A stretch of 64,000 bases of DNA from Escherichia coli (GTDB lineage Bacteria > Pseudomonadota > Gammaproteobacteria > Enterobacterales > Enterobacteriaceae), in the NCBI RefSeq assembly GCF_001677475.2, contig NZ_CP015229.1; one strand, 5' to 3'. Shown here piece by piece: positions 25,800 through 37,273 of this stretch. Numbering within the stretch: the first letter of the stretch is position 1; each line of letters opens with the position of its first letter. The position numbers and the translations under genes are program-made. The notes beneath the pieces were generated by a model. The model was not told where the DNA came from. It made no database searches and was given only the letters and a program-made list of their open reading frames with translations.

Positions 25800-26654
25800 A
25801 TGTTGTCCAAACAAATCCCGCTTGGCATCTATGAAAAAGCGCTCCCCGCCGGGGAGTACTGGCTGGAACGGCTGCAACTGGCAAAAACGTTAGGCTTCGA
25901 TTTTGTCGAGATGTCGGTAGATGAAACGGACGATCGCCTGTCGCGCCTCGACTGGAGCCGCGAGCAGCGTCTGGCGCTGGTGAATGCGATTGTTGAAACC
26001 GGCGTGCGCGTGCCGTCCATGTGCCTTTCTGCTCATCGTCGTTTCCCGCTGGGCAGCGAAGATGACGCGGTACGGGCGCAGGGGCTGGAGATTATGCGTA
26101 AAGCTATCCAGTTCGCCCAGGACGTTGGCATTCGCGTAATCCAACTGGCGGGCTATGACGTTTACTATCAGGAAGCCAATAACGAAACGCGTCGTCGTTT
26201 CCGTGACGGCCTGAAAGAGAGCGTTGAGATGGCAAGCCGTGCGCAGGTGACGCTGGCAATGGAGATCATGGATTATCCATTGATGAACTCCATCAGCAAG
26301 GCGCTGGGCTATGCGCACTATCTCAACAACCCGTGGTTCCAGCTCTATCCGGATATCGGCAACCTGTCGGCGTGGGACAACGACGTGCAGATGGAATTGC
26401 AGGCCGGAATTGGGCATATCGTCGCGGTGCATGTGAAAGACACCAAACCAGGCGTCTTCAAAAATGTGCCATTTGGCGAAGGCGTAGTGGATTTCGAACG
26501 TTGCTTCGAAACGCTCAAACAGAGTGGCTATTGCGGGCCGTACCTGATTGAGATGTGGAGCGAAACGGCGGAAGACCCGGCGGCAGAAGTGGCGAAAGCG
26601 CGTGATTGGGTGAAAGCGCGCATGGCGAAAGCGGGCATGGGGGAGGCGGCATAA
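25800..26654 (+). CDS. ulaE: L-ribulose-5-phosphate 3-epimerase
   Basis: 284-aa TIM-barrel ORF. Confidence 0.9.
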   Translation: MLSKQIPLGIYEKALPAGEYWLERLQLAKTLGFDFVEMSVDETDDRLSRLDWSREQRLALVNAIVETGVRVPSMCLSAHRRFPLGSEDDAVRAQGLEIMRKAIQFAQDVGIRVIQLAGYDVYYQEANNETRRRFRDGLKESVEMASRAQVTLAMEIMDYPLMNSISKALGYAHYLNNPWFQLYPDIGNLSAWDNDVQMELQAGIGHIVAVHVKDTKPGVFKNVPFGEGVVDFERCFETLKQSGYCGPYLIEMWSETAEDPAAEVAKARDWVKARMAKAGMGEAA

Positions 26655-27340
26655 TGCAAAAGCTAAAACAGCAGGTGTTTGAAGCCAACATGGATCTGCC
26701 GCGCTATGGGCTTGTGACCTTTACCTGGGGCAACGTCAGCGCTATCGACCGCGAACGCGGGCTGGTGGTGATCAAGCCCAGCGGCGTCGCCTACGAAACC
26801 ATGAAAGCAGACGATATGGTGGTGGTCGATATGAGCGGTAAGGTGGTGGAAGGGGAATATCGTCCGTCTTCCGACACCGCGACGCATCTTGAACTCTACC
26901 GTCGTTACCCGTCGCTTGGCGGCATTGTCCATACCCACTCAACTCATGCTACCGCATGGGCGCAGGCGGGGCTGGCGATCCCGGCGTTAGGCACCACGCA
27001 CGCTGACTACTTCTTTGGTGATATCCCGTGTACGCGTGGATTAAGCGAAGAAGAGGTGCAGGGTGAGTATGAACTGAACACTGGCAAAGTGATTATCGAA
27101 ACGCTGGGCAACGCCGAGCCGCTGCATACGCCGGGAATTGTGGTGTATCAGCACGGACCGTTCGCCTGGGGGAAAGATGCCTACGATGCGGTGCATAACG
27201 CGGTGGTGATGGAAGAAGTGGCGAAAATGGCGTGGATTGCGCGCAGTATTAACCCACAACTCAATCACATCGACAGCTTCCTGATGAATAAACACTTCAT
27301 GCGTAAACACGGTCCTAACGCTTATTACGGGCAGAAGTAG
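26654..27340 (+). CDS. ulaF: L-ribulose-5-phosphate 4-epimerase
   Basis: 228 aa from [20 protein letters not shown]; start overlaps ulaE stop by 1 nt. Confidence 0.9.
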   Translation: MQKLKQQVFEANMDLPRYGLVTFTWGNVSAIDRERGLVVIKPSGVAYETMKADDMVVVDMSGKVVEGEYRPSSDTATHLELYRRYPSLGGIVHTHSTHATAWAQAGLAIPALGTTHADYFFGDIPCTRGLSEEEVQGEYELNTGKVIIETLGNAEPLHTPGIVVYQHGPFAWGKDAYDAVHNAVVMEEVAKMAWIARSINPQLNHIDSFLMNKHFMRKHGPNAYYGQK

Positions 27341-27397
27341 AACACGCGCTGCGGAAATTTCCTTCCTCGGGAGATAACTGGTCTAATTCCGCAGCCG

Positions 27398-27428
27398 TTT
27401 TTCAAAAAAAGCCCCCTGCGAAGGGGGC
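27398..27428 (-). terminator. Rho-independent terminator (serves yjfY; possibly bidirectional for ulaF)
   Basis: GCCCCCTgcgaAGGGGGC hairpin flanked by A-run upstream on the + strand. Confidence 0.55.
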
Positions 27429-27468
27429 AAAGCAAACTATGGCAATGTTTCGTTGGTTATACCTGGTG

Positions 27469-27744
27469 CTAGCGATAAATATCCGCGCTGGCGTGCATAT
27501 TGCCGTTACTCCCCGGTTCCCGCATTAGAATCACGTGGTAGTACGTTGCGCCCTGCGCATCTGTCTTTTCATTTAATGCCTGACGTGCTTCACTTTCAGT
27601 GGCGAAGTTATGGTTGATATAAATCACGCCTAAGCTTTGCACATCGTCCATATTTCTGGCCTGGTGGTTATTAATTTCAATGGCTGCCCATGTATTTGCA
27701 CTTAGCAAAAGCACAGCCAGAAGGGCTAAAATACGACTGAACAT
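27469..27744 (-). CDS. yjfY: YjfY (DUF1471/YdgH-BhsA-McbA-like small periplasmic protein)
   Basis: 91 aa from MFSRILALLAVLLLSANTWA (signal peptide). Confidence 0.75.
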   Translation of the reverse strand: MFSRILALLAVLLLSANTWAAIEINNHQARNMDDVQSLGVIYINHNFATESEARQALNEKTDAQGATYYHVILMREPGSNGNMHASADIYR

Positions 27745-27949
27745 AGATACCTCCTCAACGGCTGACTTTGTGTGCTCTCCTCTGTGATGCTCTTCTGATT
27801 TAATTTTAATCAATGATAAAGAAGTTGATGGTGACCATTTCTGATGCAGTTGTTCAAAAAAACACCATGATGAAGTGTGATGAACTTCAAATCAGCGTGT
27901 TAGTACGATTTGGTGAAGGATGAGATTTATTTGTCGGCTGGCCTTGAGT

Positions 27950-28466
<517 letters not shown>

Positions 28467-28472
28467 TTTCTG

Positions 28473-29019
<547 letters not shown>

Positions 29020-29048
29020 TCGGTCACGGTCCATTAATACGACTTTGA

Positions 29049-29510
<462 letters not shown>

Positions 29511-29533
29511 TTCGTTATTCAACGAGACGTAAA

Positions 29534-29570
29534 AACGCCGACCACTGGTCGGCGTTTTGCTTTCTATTTT
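29534..29570. terminator. Bidirectional rho-independent terminator (rplI / yjfZ)
   Basis: AACGCCGACC-actg-GGTCGGCGTT flanked by A-run on the left and T-rich tract on the right. Confidence 0.65.
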
Positions 29571-29580
29571 TCGTCAGGTA

Positions 29581-30375
29581 TTAGTTTCGCAAGTAGATCC
29601 ATTCACCATTCTCTTGTGTCCATAATTCAGGATGGTTTGCTGGCGTTAGATGCATACGATCACTCCTTATGTCTCGGTCCTGCGGCACTCGCTCGAAACC
29701 CAAACCCGAGTAGATTGCTGCTGAACTTGATAAGGAACGCAGACCAATTTTCAAATCATGGGGTAAATCAGAATACGCGTTTAGCAATGCAGCAATGATG
29801 AATCCGAGGGCATTAGAAACGCCTGTAACAGTGCGAAGTTGGTCGATATAAAGATCGATTGTTGGTAGTTCAGATGACCAGCAATTAGGCATTTGGGCAG
29901 GAAGGGTTACAACGTATCCTATCGTTTGGCCGGTATAGTCTGGAGTACCATAACCTGGACCCAAAACAACCTCGTGTATTGTGTATTTACTGTTGGGTTC
30001 GAAGGATTCGACATCTTGCAATAAATATTTCAGTTCTGCGGTTAACCTCGCACCCGCGTAAGCTTTATTGTATTTCTGGGCGTGAATATTATCTAATGTA
30101 GCTTCATGGTTCCATCCAAAAGAATTATCACCATTCATTGTTATTCCATCGTAAGCATTACACCTCGTCGCTAACTTATTGAATGCTTGCCAGCCTGAGA
30201 GATCTAGTTTGTGGATCTCAACAGTATGTCTGCCATCGCAATTATGGTCTCTTCCACGATTTGAAAGTAATGTAGCGCGTGCGTATTGATGAAATTTTAA
30301 TTTTACTGGTTTGTCGGTGGACGAAAAACGGGGTGAATATGCAGGAAATGAATAAATAGTGGTTGGTAATGTCAT
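29581..30375 (-). CDS. yjfZ: uncharacterized protein YjfZ
   Basis: 264-aa ORF convergent with rplI, matching K-12 position and length from memory; no motif recognised. Confidence 0.6.
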   Translation of the reverse strand: MTLPTTIYSFPAYSPRFSSTDKPVKLKFHQYARATLLSNRGRDHNCDGRHTVEIHKLDLSGWQAFNKLATRCNAYDGITMNGDNSFGWNHEATLDNIHAQKYNKAYAGARLTAELKYLLQDVESFEPNSKYTIHEVVLGPGYGTPDYTGQTIGYVVTLPAQMPNCWSSELPTIDLYIDQLRTVTGVSNALGFIIAALLNAYSDLPHDLKIGLRSLSSSAAIYSGLGFERVPQDRDIRSDRMHLTPANHPELWTQENGEWIYLRN

Positions 30376-30645
30376 TGTATCGTTGCCTGTTTAATGTTTT
30401 TATAAATATCTCAGCTGAATGTTTACAGAATAAAGAATCGATATTAATAAAAATAAGTTTGTTTTCTGAAGTAGTGAAAATAGCGGATGGTGAAAGATAT
30501 TAATATCAAAAATCGCTCATTGTGGATATAACGATGCAGCAGGGAGGGGGGATATGATTGACAACGCGTTGGTAAGCGAGGTTCGATAACTCAAGCTTCT
30601 TTAAAAACGCCATAACCTCAATTATAGCGTTTTTATTTAAAATAA

Positions 30646-31923
30646 TTAGTGGGTAGCTAACTGTACTTGTGGTTCTTCATCTTTAACTTTGATAAGCGTC
30701 CACAACGCAATAGCACCAATAATGTCAAAGAAAGCCAGGGCAATAAAGAACGGCGCGAAGCCGATAATGTGAACGAATGCCCCGATGAACAGGTTGAAAA
30801 TCAACTGACCGCTCCACGCACAGGCTCCTGCCATACCCACTGCGGTAGCTACTTCGTCCTTTTTGAACAGATCGCCACCCAGAGTTGCTGCTACAGTAGA
30901 AAGACATTGATGCGAGAACGCGCCAATACTAATCAGTAATACGGCAATGTAGGGATTTTCGACAATACTCACCAGACCAATCGTCATCATAATGACGGCT
31001 GCAATAGTGAAGGTAATTCTTCGTGAGTTAATTAAACTCACGCCGCGATCGTGGAAGAACTTCGCGACAAAACCACTGGCTAAACAGCCGAGATCGCCCA
31101 GCAGGAAAGGCAGCCAGACGAACATGGCAATTTCTTTCAGGCTAAAATGCAGCGTTTCGACGAAGAAAATCGGCACCCAGAAGTTAATGGTTCCCCATGC
31201 CGGGTCTGCGAGAAAACGCGCGATGCCAATCCCCCAGAAATTACGTTGGCTGAGGATATGCTTGATTGACGTTTTTTCTTTCTTATCTGTTTTAAGATGC
31301 TGTTCTTGCCCTGATTCAATATAGTGGCGCTCTTCATCAGAAAGGCGTTTGGCATCTTTCGGATCTTTATAACAAAAGAACCAAAATAAAGCCGCGAGCA
31401 AAGCAAGGCTACCTGAAACAATAAACGCAAATTGCCAGCTATGAAACATAATGCACCAGGCAATCAACGGTGGAGCAAGCATCGCGCCGAGTGAGGTGCC
31501 CATATTGAAAACACCTGTCGCCACGCCACGCTCTTTTGCCGGAAACCATGTTGATGCGGTTTTTACACCTGCCGGAATTGCCGACGCTTCGCTGAAACCC
31601 ATCAGGGCGCGCATAAATGCCAGACCTGACCATGTTCCGGTTAGTGCATGGCCCATTGTCGCCAGGCCCCAAATTGCGGCACATATCGCAAAACTTAACT
31701 TCAGACCTACGGTATCAATAAAGAAGCCCATTACCGGTTGCCCTAATGTATAGGCCAACTGGAATGCACTGACAATCCATGAATATTGTTCTTTGGTTAT
31801 TCCGGTTGTCTCCATAATCGTTGGAGCCGCAATACCTAACGCCGTTCTGTCCAGATAATTGATTACAGTGATAAAGCATACGAGGGCAATCATATGCCAT
31901 CGATAATTCTTTATTTTATTCAT
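30646..31923 (-). CDS. MFS transporter, anion:cation symporter (ACS) type (hexuronate/galactonate/tartrate-permease-like)
   Basis: 425 aa, about 12 hydrophobic segments, N-terminal INYLDRTALGIAAP motif; AAGG SD 7 nt upstream. Confidence 0.75.
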   Translation of the reverse strand: MNKIKNYRWHMIALVCFITVINYLDRTALGIAAPTIMETTGITKEQYSWIVSAFQLAYTLGQPVMGFFIDTVGLKLSFAICAAIWGLATMGHALTGTWSGLAFMRALMGFSEASAIPAGVKTASTWFPAKERGVATGVFNMGTSLGAMLAPPLIAWCIMFHSWQFAFIVSGSLALLAALFWFFCYKDPKDAKRLSDEERHYIESGQEQHLKTDKKEKTSIKHILSQRNFWGIGIARFLADPAWGTINFWVPIFFVETLHFSLKEIAMFVWLPFLLGDLGCLASGFVAKFFHDRGVSLINSRRITFTIAAVIMMTIGLVSIVENPYIAVLLISIGAFSHQCLSTVAATLGGDLFKKDEVATAVGMAGACAWSGQLIFNLFIGAFVHIIGFAPFFIALAFFDIIGAIALWTLIKVKDEEPQVQLATH

Positions 31924-32015
31924 TTTTAAACCTTTTAATTATATTAATAAACCCTGGTTGTTGGTATTTCCATGTAATAGGCAATAAAAATCAGGTACAG
32001 AGAAAATATTGAAAA

Positions 32016-34088
32016 TTATTGTGTGTAAATGTCTCCCTTTAAAAAGTCTGGCCAGTTTTTTTCAAAGTAAATACCGTTAATACACGGTTGCATACGTAAA
32101 GACTTTACTTCGGTAATAAAAGAACCTTGCGAATATTGAATTGTTAATTTGTGATTTTTATCTTCAGCGAGTTCAGAGCGAAAACGCCATTCTTCTTTTA
32201 CGCCGCGACGAGTTTGTGGTAGGCATTTGCCTTGTGGATCAATAACCATCCGCGCCCCACGACTGCCGCCACCAGCATCAATATAATGCGTTAATTGTGT
32301 TAATACCGCGGCAGAAGTCAGCGCCATATGCCGCCACATAAACAGCTCGGAAACTTCACCCACATGTTTGATTGCCAATCCATGCCGTTGGACAAATTCG
32401 TTCAATAGCAGGGCATCGCGAGTGGCGCGTCGGACTTTATCGGCATGGCAAATAAATCCCGCATAGTCAGACATTCGTGCCTGAATTTTTTCTCTCACAA
32501 CCGACAACGGCATCCCGGTCCCGTTATCGTGCGCCTGAGTAATGATCTCTCTTATAGAAGCCAGTGCCGGAGCTGCCAGCTGTGCTATATCTCCATCAAT
32601 ATTCCGCTTTTGCGTGCAACCAATAAAACGTGCCAGACGCACGGCAAAAACCTGCCCGGCATTCAATGCCGCACCACCAGGGCGAGTGACGCCGTGTGTG
32701 CCAGCAACTTCCCCCACTGCAAAACAACCGGGCAGAGATGTTTGTCCCCAGATATCCACTTCAATGCCGCCATTCATATGCTGATTATTCATGGCAAACT
32801 GCAATGGCTGCGTGGTGAGATCGTAACCGTGCATCTTATACAGCGAGATAGACAGCGGATTCATTCGTTGCAGTCGTTCGATGGGCGATGGCGCCAGGGC
32901 GTCGTTATTTTCCAGATACGCGCGAACGTCGTCGTCCAGTCGTTCTAATGAGAATGGCAGGTCACCCGGCACAGGTTCAGGATTGCGATTGAAATCCATA
33001 AATACCTGACGCCCTGATTGCTGCTCTTGCGCCACCGCCATATCTAACAAGCTGGAGCCAAAATCCATTACCCGCGTGGCGTGGAACGGCCACTGATAGC
33101 CTTTACGGAAGATGTTTGAAGCCAGCTCCTGGGTGGTGCGATAGTAATCTGCGAGGAAGTTATACTCGTTGCCCTCGGCATCCACGGAATAGATATATGG
33201 GATCACTTGTACATAGGTGCCGGACAAATTCCACGGAAACGTGCTGCGCGGCGTGCCTATACCAAACTGGCTTTCGGTCAGATTAGTTAGTGTCAGGCCT
33301 TCCTCCAGCGCCAGCCCCAGCGAGCCAAAACATTTGTGTGGGTACACACTGTCGCGATAAAGCTCGCCCGGCCCGCCTGTTGCCAGTACCACATTGGGCG
33401 CAGTCACAATTGCCAGCCCCCACGGGTTATGGGCGCGGGAACCGGTTGCGAGGATAGCCCCGGCCACACGATCTTCGCCGTTTTCACCGCGTTGATGCAG
33501 CAGTTTAATCACCGTTGCACTGGTCAACAGTGGGATGGCGAGGCGCTGCACTTCTTCGAGCAATACTTTCACCATCAGACGAGAAGTGCGCGGCCCACAG
33601 GAGGTTGCGCGTCCGGCTTCGTCATGGTCGGTCTGATAACGGAGAATTGCACCATAGCGATCTTCCGGTAATTCCAGACCGAGATATTGCAGCCCGCCAA
33701 GGGTATGTAGGGAACCGACCGCTTCGACATACGCCGTGTCGTGATCCATCGCACCGCCGCTCGCCAGTGCTTCAGCAAGTTTTGCGAAGTTATCGCCGTT
33801 GCCCGCCGTTGCGGCGGTAAACAGCGTCTGTTTATCGGAACCGGAGCAGGCCGATGTTCCCATGTATAACCCGGCGGTGGCGATTAGCACATTTTGCTGG
33901 CGACGTTTCAGTTCAACCGCCGCACGTAATCCTGCCGCGCCGCTACCAACGACCAGAGCATCTGTTTGCCAGAGCGGGTAATCAACACCGTCCACCGTGA
34001 CAATTGACGTTGGCTCTGCTGACACAAAACCCTTCGGGAAAGTGACGTGCGTCAGCGCATCGAGGATGGCGTCATCAGTCTGGCTCAT
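32016..34088 (-). CDS. FAD-dependent oxidoreductase, fumarate-reductase/succinate-dehydrogenase flavoprotein-like, with extra C-terminal region
   Basis: 690 aa; N-terminal dinucleotide fold VVGSGAAGLRAAVEL; start overlaps upstream gene stop (ATGA). Confidence 0.7.
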   Translation of the reverse strand: MSQTDDAILDALTHVTFPKGFVSAEPTSIVTVDGVDYPLWQTDALVVGSGAAGLRAAVELKRRQQNVLIATAGLYMGTSACSGSDKQTLFTAATAGNGDNFAKLAEALASGGAMDHDTAYVEAVGSLHTLGGLQYLGLELPEDRYGAILRYQTDHDEAGRATSCGPRTSRLMVKVLLEEVQRLAIPLLTSATVIKLLHQRGENGEDRVAGAILATGSRAHNPWGLAIVTAPNVVLATGGPGELYRDSVYPHKCFGSLGLALEEGLTLTNLTESQFGIGTPRSTFPWNLSGTYVQVIPYIYSVDAEGNEYNFLADYYRTTQELASNIFRKGYQWPFHATRVMDFGSSLLDMAVAQEQQSGRQVFMDFNRNPEPVPGDLPFSLERLDDDVRAYLENNDALAPSPIERLQRMNPLSISLYKMHGYDLTTQPLQFAMNNQHMNGGIEVDIWGQTSLPGCFAVGEVAGTHGVTRPGGAALNAGQVFAVRLARFIGCTQKRNIDGDIAQLAAPALASIREIITQAHDNGTGMPLSVVREKIQARMSDYAGFICHADKVRRATRDALLLNEFVQRHGLAIKHVGEVSELFMWRHMALTSAAVLTQLTHYIDAGGGSRGARMVIDPQGKCLPQTRRGVKEEWRFRSELAEDKNHKLTIQYSQGSFITEVKSLRMQPCINGIYFEKNWPDFLKGDIYTQ

Positions 34089-35626
34089 GCGTCCTCCATT
34101 GGCGTAAACAGGCTACTTTCCATCAGGCGCGGCTGGTTGATAATTGGACGGAAAGCCATGAACGGCAGAATGTCGCGGTCAATCTCCACGCCCGGCGCGA
34201 TTTCAATTAATTCAACGCCTTCTGCCGTTAACTGAAACACCGCGCGTTCAGTGATATACAACACTTCCTGACCGCTGTGCTGTGCGTAGGCGGCGCTAAA
34301 AGTGATTTTTTCCACCTGAGTAACCAGTTTAGGGATTTGACCTGACTGGGCGATATGCAAGCCATCTGGCGTTACATCAATCTTGCTGCCTTTGGCGTCG
34401 AACGTGCCGCAGAACACCACCTTACGGGCGTTTTGCGCAATTTCGAGAAATCCGCCGGGGCCAATCAGATTGCCATTGAGATGGGAGACGTTGACGTTAC
34501 CGTACTGATCCATCTCTCCCATGCCGAGGAAGGTGATATCGATCCCTCCGCCACTGTAGAACTCAAATTGATCGAGTGATGGAATAATGGCATCGGCGTT
34601 GCGGGCGCAGCCGAAAAACGCATCATCCAGCATCATACCGTTATGCACGCCTTGCTCGACGCTCAGCCATAAACTTTGGTAAGGCACGCCTTCGCGCAGC
34701 GCTACTCCTGGAATGCCGCCGGGAATACCAAAGCCAAAGTTGGTTGAAGCGCCAGCTACCAGTTCGCGTGCTGCCCGACGGGCAATCAGGCGACGTACCG
34801 GATGACTAACCAGTTCAATAGCGTCGTTAGAACTCAGACGGCGATGTTGGCCGCTGATGGTCAGGTCGTAACCGCCAAGATAGGTTTGTGGCTGTTCGCG
34901 GTGTTCAACGATGCCATCAACCAGAATGCCCGGTAATTTGACTCGGCGTGGTTCAATCGCGCCAGCTTCCAGCACATCGCGTACCTGTACAAACACTTTG
35001 CCGCCGCTGTTGTGTGCTGCCAGCGCCATGGAATAGCTATCCATATCAATCGCTTCTTCTTCAAGGCTGACGTTGCCCCGAGGATCGGCATAAGTGCCAC
35101 GCAAAATCGCGTAATCGACTTTGAAAGGGCGATAACGAAGTTTGGTTTCACCGTCGATTTCAATCAGTTCTACCAGGTCGTCGGTAGTGCATTCATTCGA
35201 CTTACCGCCGCCATTGCGTGGATCAACAAACGATCCCAGCCCAACGTGGGTAAAAAGCCCCGGACGTCCGGCGCCGATCTCCCGTAGCAGTGCCTGAATC
35301 ACGCCACCAGGAAAACAATAGGCTTCAATCGCGTTATTTTTTACCAGCGCCTGCATTTTGGGTGACCAGGTAAAGTGTCCGGCAATAATGCGTTTGAGCA
35401 TTTCAGCATGAGCGAAGCGGTTCGTGCCTTTGCAGTCGCGATCGCCAATGCCCAGCGAGTGGATTAATGTCAGATCGCGCGGGTGTCCGGTTTGCAGGAA
35501 GCGCGCTTCAATGGCTGCCAGAATATGGTCGGCTTCCACCATGCCGCCGCCGTTACCGCTAATGGCAATGGTTGCGCCATCCTGAATTTGCGCCGCCAGT
35601 GCCTCGGCGGTTGTTATCTTACGCAT
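34085..35626 (-). CDS. CoA-transferase, family I-like (YdiF/propionate-CoA-transferase-like)
   Basis: 513 aa; overall resemblance to two-domain family I CoA-transferases; assignment by eye, needs HMM confirmation. Confidence 0.6.
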   Translation of the reverse strand: MRKITTAEALAAQIQDGATIAISGNGGGMVEADHILAAIEARFLQTGHPRDLTLIHSLGIGDRDCKGTNRFAHAEMLKRIIAGHFTWSPKMQALVKNNAIEAYCFPGGVIQALLREIGAGRPGLFTHVGLGSFVDPRNGGGKSNECTTDDLVELIEIDGETKLRYRPFKVDYAILRGTYADPRGNVSLEEEAIDMDSYSMALAAHNSGGKVFVQVRDVLEAGAIEPRRVKLPGILVDGIVEHREQPQTYLGGYDLTISGQHRRLSSNDAIELVSHPVRRLIARRAARELVAGASTNFGFGIPGGIPGVALREGVPYQSLWLSVEQGVHNGMMLDDAFFGCARNADAIIPSLDQFEFYSGGGIDITFLGMGEMDQYGNVNVSHLNGNLIGPGGFLEIAQNARKVVFCGTFDAKGSKIDVTPDGLHIAQSGQIPKLVTQVEKITFSAAYAQHSGQEVLYITERAVFQLTAEGVELIEIAPGVEIDRDILPFMAFRPIINQPRLMESSLFTPMEDA

Positions 35627-35635
35627 ACAATTTCC

Positions 35636-36412
35636 TTAGTGATTATGGAAGCTCACGCTACTTTTTTCGGCAAATGCCTGCGTCGCCTGCTGGCAATCCT
35701 GAGTGGCGGACATTAATCCAGCCAGTAACTGGTGTGGGTATTCAGCGTGTTTATTTTCCAGTGCCAGAATCAGCTGCTTAATATGCGCCAGTGCCACCGG
35801 ACCACATTTTTCCAGCTGCGCTAACTGGTTCGCCATCCAGCTTTCCACCTGTTCTTTTTCTACTACTTCATCAATTAAATTCGCCGCCTGGGCTTCATGC
35901 GCCGTCAGACGTTTACCTAGCATCAGCATCTGGCGACCGACCACTGGGCCGACCTGATTAATCACGCGTTCAATGCCCATCCAGCCAGGCACCATGCCGA
36001 GCATGACTTCCGGGTTAGAAAATTTCGCGCTGGGGCGAGCGATTCGAATATCGCAGCACAAGGCAAGTTCAATACCGCCGCCGATGGTATGACCGTTGAG
36101 ATTCGCAACCGTTAATTGCGGTAAATTGCGCAGGCGATTAAAAACGTCATTGCCGCGTTTAATCCATTTTCTGCCCATATCTAATGGCGAATAGGCCGAC
36201 CACGATTTAATATCACCGCCCGCACAAAAGAATTTATCGCCGATTGCCGTTAATTCGACTAATCGTAATGTGGTGTCGTTTTCAATTTCATTTAAATAAT
36301 GGTCGAGAGATTCAATCATCTCTTCGTTAATAGCATGACATTTCTCTTCACGGTTCAACGTCAGGCGGCAGGAAGCCGCCGCTCTGCTGAACAGAACGGG
36401 TTGGTCACTCAT
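35636..36412 (-). CDS. enoyl-CoA hydratase/isomerase (crotonase fold)
   Basis: 258 aa; crotonase signatures FCAGGDIKSW and GGGIELALCCD, plus PE motif (SNPEVMLGMVPG). Confidence 0.8.
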   Translation of the reverse strand: MSDQPVLFSRAAASCRLTLNREEKCHAINEEMIESLDHYLNEIENDTTLRLVELTAIGDKFFCAGGDIKSWSAYSPLDMGRKWIKRGNDVFNRLRNLPQLTVANLNGHTIGGGIELALCCDIRIARPSAKFSNPEVMLGMVPGWMGIERVINQVGPVVGRQMLMLGKRLTAHEAQAANLIDEVVEKEQVESWMANQLAQLEKCGPVALAHIKQLILALENKHAEYPHQLLAGLMSATQDCQQATQAFAEKSSVSFHNH

Positions 36413-36421
36413 GATTATTCC

Positions 36422-37264
36422 TTAGCAATAATTCGCGATGCGATCGACGCTAATATCCAGCGTGTTGTTAATATCTTTCTGCCACCAGTACGGTGAGAAT
36501 ATTTCCAGTTCAATAGCGCCATTAAATCCGGCGTTTTCAACCAGTCGACGAATTGACGGAATATTTATCACGCCATCTCCCGGCATTCCCCGGTCATTGA
36601 CCAGATCGGTGGTCGGCACTAACCAGTCGGAAACATGAAACGCGAGAATACGTTTTCCGGCGCGCAGGAGCTGGCTGGCCAGATCCGGATCCCACCAGAC
36701 ATGGTAAACATCCACAGCCACGCCGAGGCCAAATTCGCCATCGGGATCGAGTTCATCACACCAGTCCAGCGCCTGGCGTAACGTGCACAGGCAAGAGCGA
36801 TCGGCGGCGGTCATTGGGTGCAGTGGCTCCAGCGCAATCGGCACGCCAACGTCTTTCGAATGTGGCAGTAACTGGCGTATCCCTTGTTTCACCTGTTCCC
36901 GTGCTTCATACAGATCTTTTGTGCCCTGCGGTAACCCGCCAACCACCTGCATATAACAGGCGGCGTTCAGCACCGCTGCGTCGTCCAGCGCCCGGCGGTT
37001 ATCATCAATTGCCAGTTTGCGTTCCGCCAGCGTCGGCGCGGTGTAGTAGGTGCTACGGCATAAACCGGAAACGCGCATGTTATTGACGGCAAGCTGGCGG
37101 GCGATCTGCTGAAGATCTTCACCCTGCAACTCTCTGCGCCAGGGGGCGATCGCACCGATACCGCGTGCGGCACAGGCATCAATAATGGCGGGTAGCGGCG
37201 TTTTATAGCCCAGTGTTGCGGTATTGATACTGAATAAATCCGGGCGTTGTAACAGATCTCTCAT
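36422..37264 (-). CDS. xylose-isomerase-like TIM-barrel protein (sugar phosphate isomerase/epimerase or dehydratase family)
   Basis: 280 aa; resemblance to AP-endonuclease-2/xylose-isomerase-like TIM barrels by eye; needs HMM confirmation. Confidence 0.55.
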   Translation of the reverse strand: MRDLLQRPDLFSINTATLGYKTPLPAIIDACAARGIGAIAPWRRELQGEDLQQIARQLAVNNMRVSGLCRSTYYTAPTLAERKLAIDDNRRALDDAAVLNAACYMQVVGGLPQGTKDLYEAREQVKQGIRQLLPHSKDVGVPIALEPLHPMTAADRSCLCTLRQALDWCDELDPDGEFGLGVAVDVYHVWWDPDLASQLLRAGKRILAFHVSDWLVPTTDLVNDRGMPGDGVINIPSIRRLVENAGFNGAIELEIFSPYWWQKDINNTLDISVDRIANYC

Positions 37265-37273
37265 GATTCAGCC

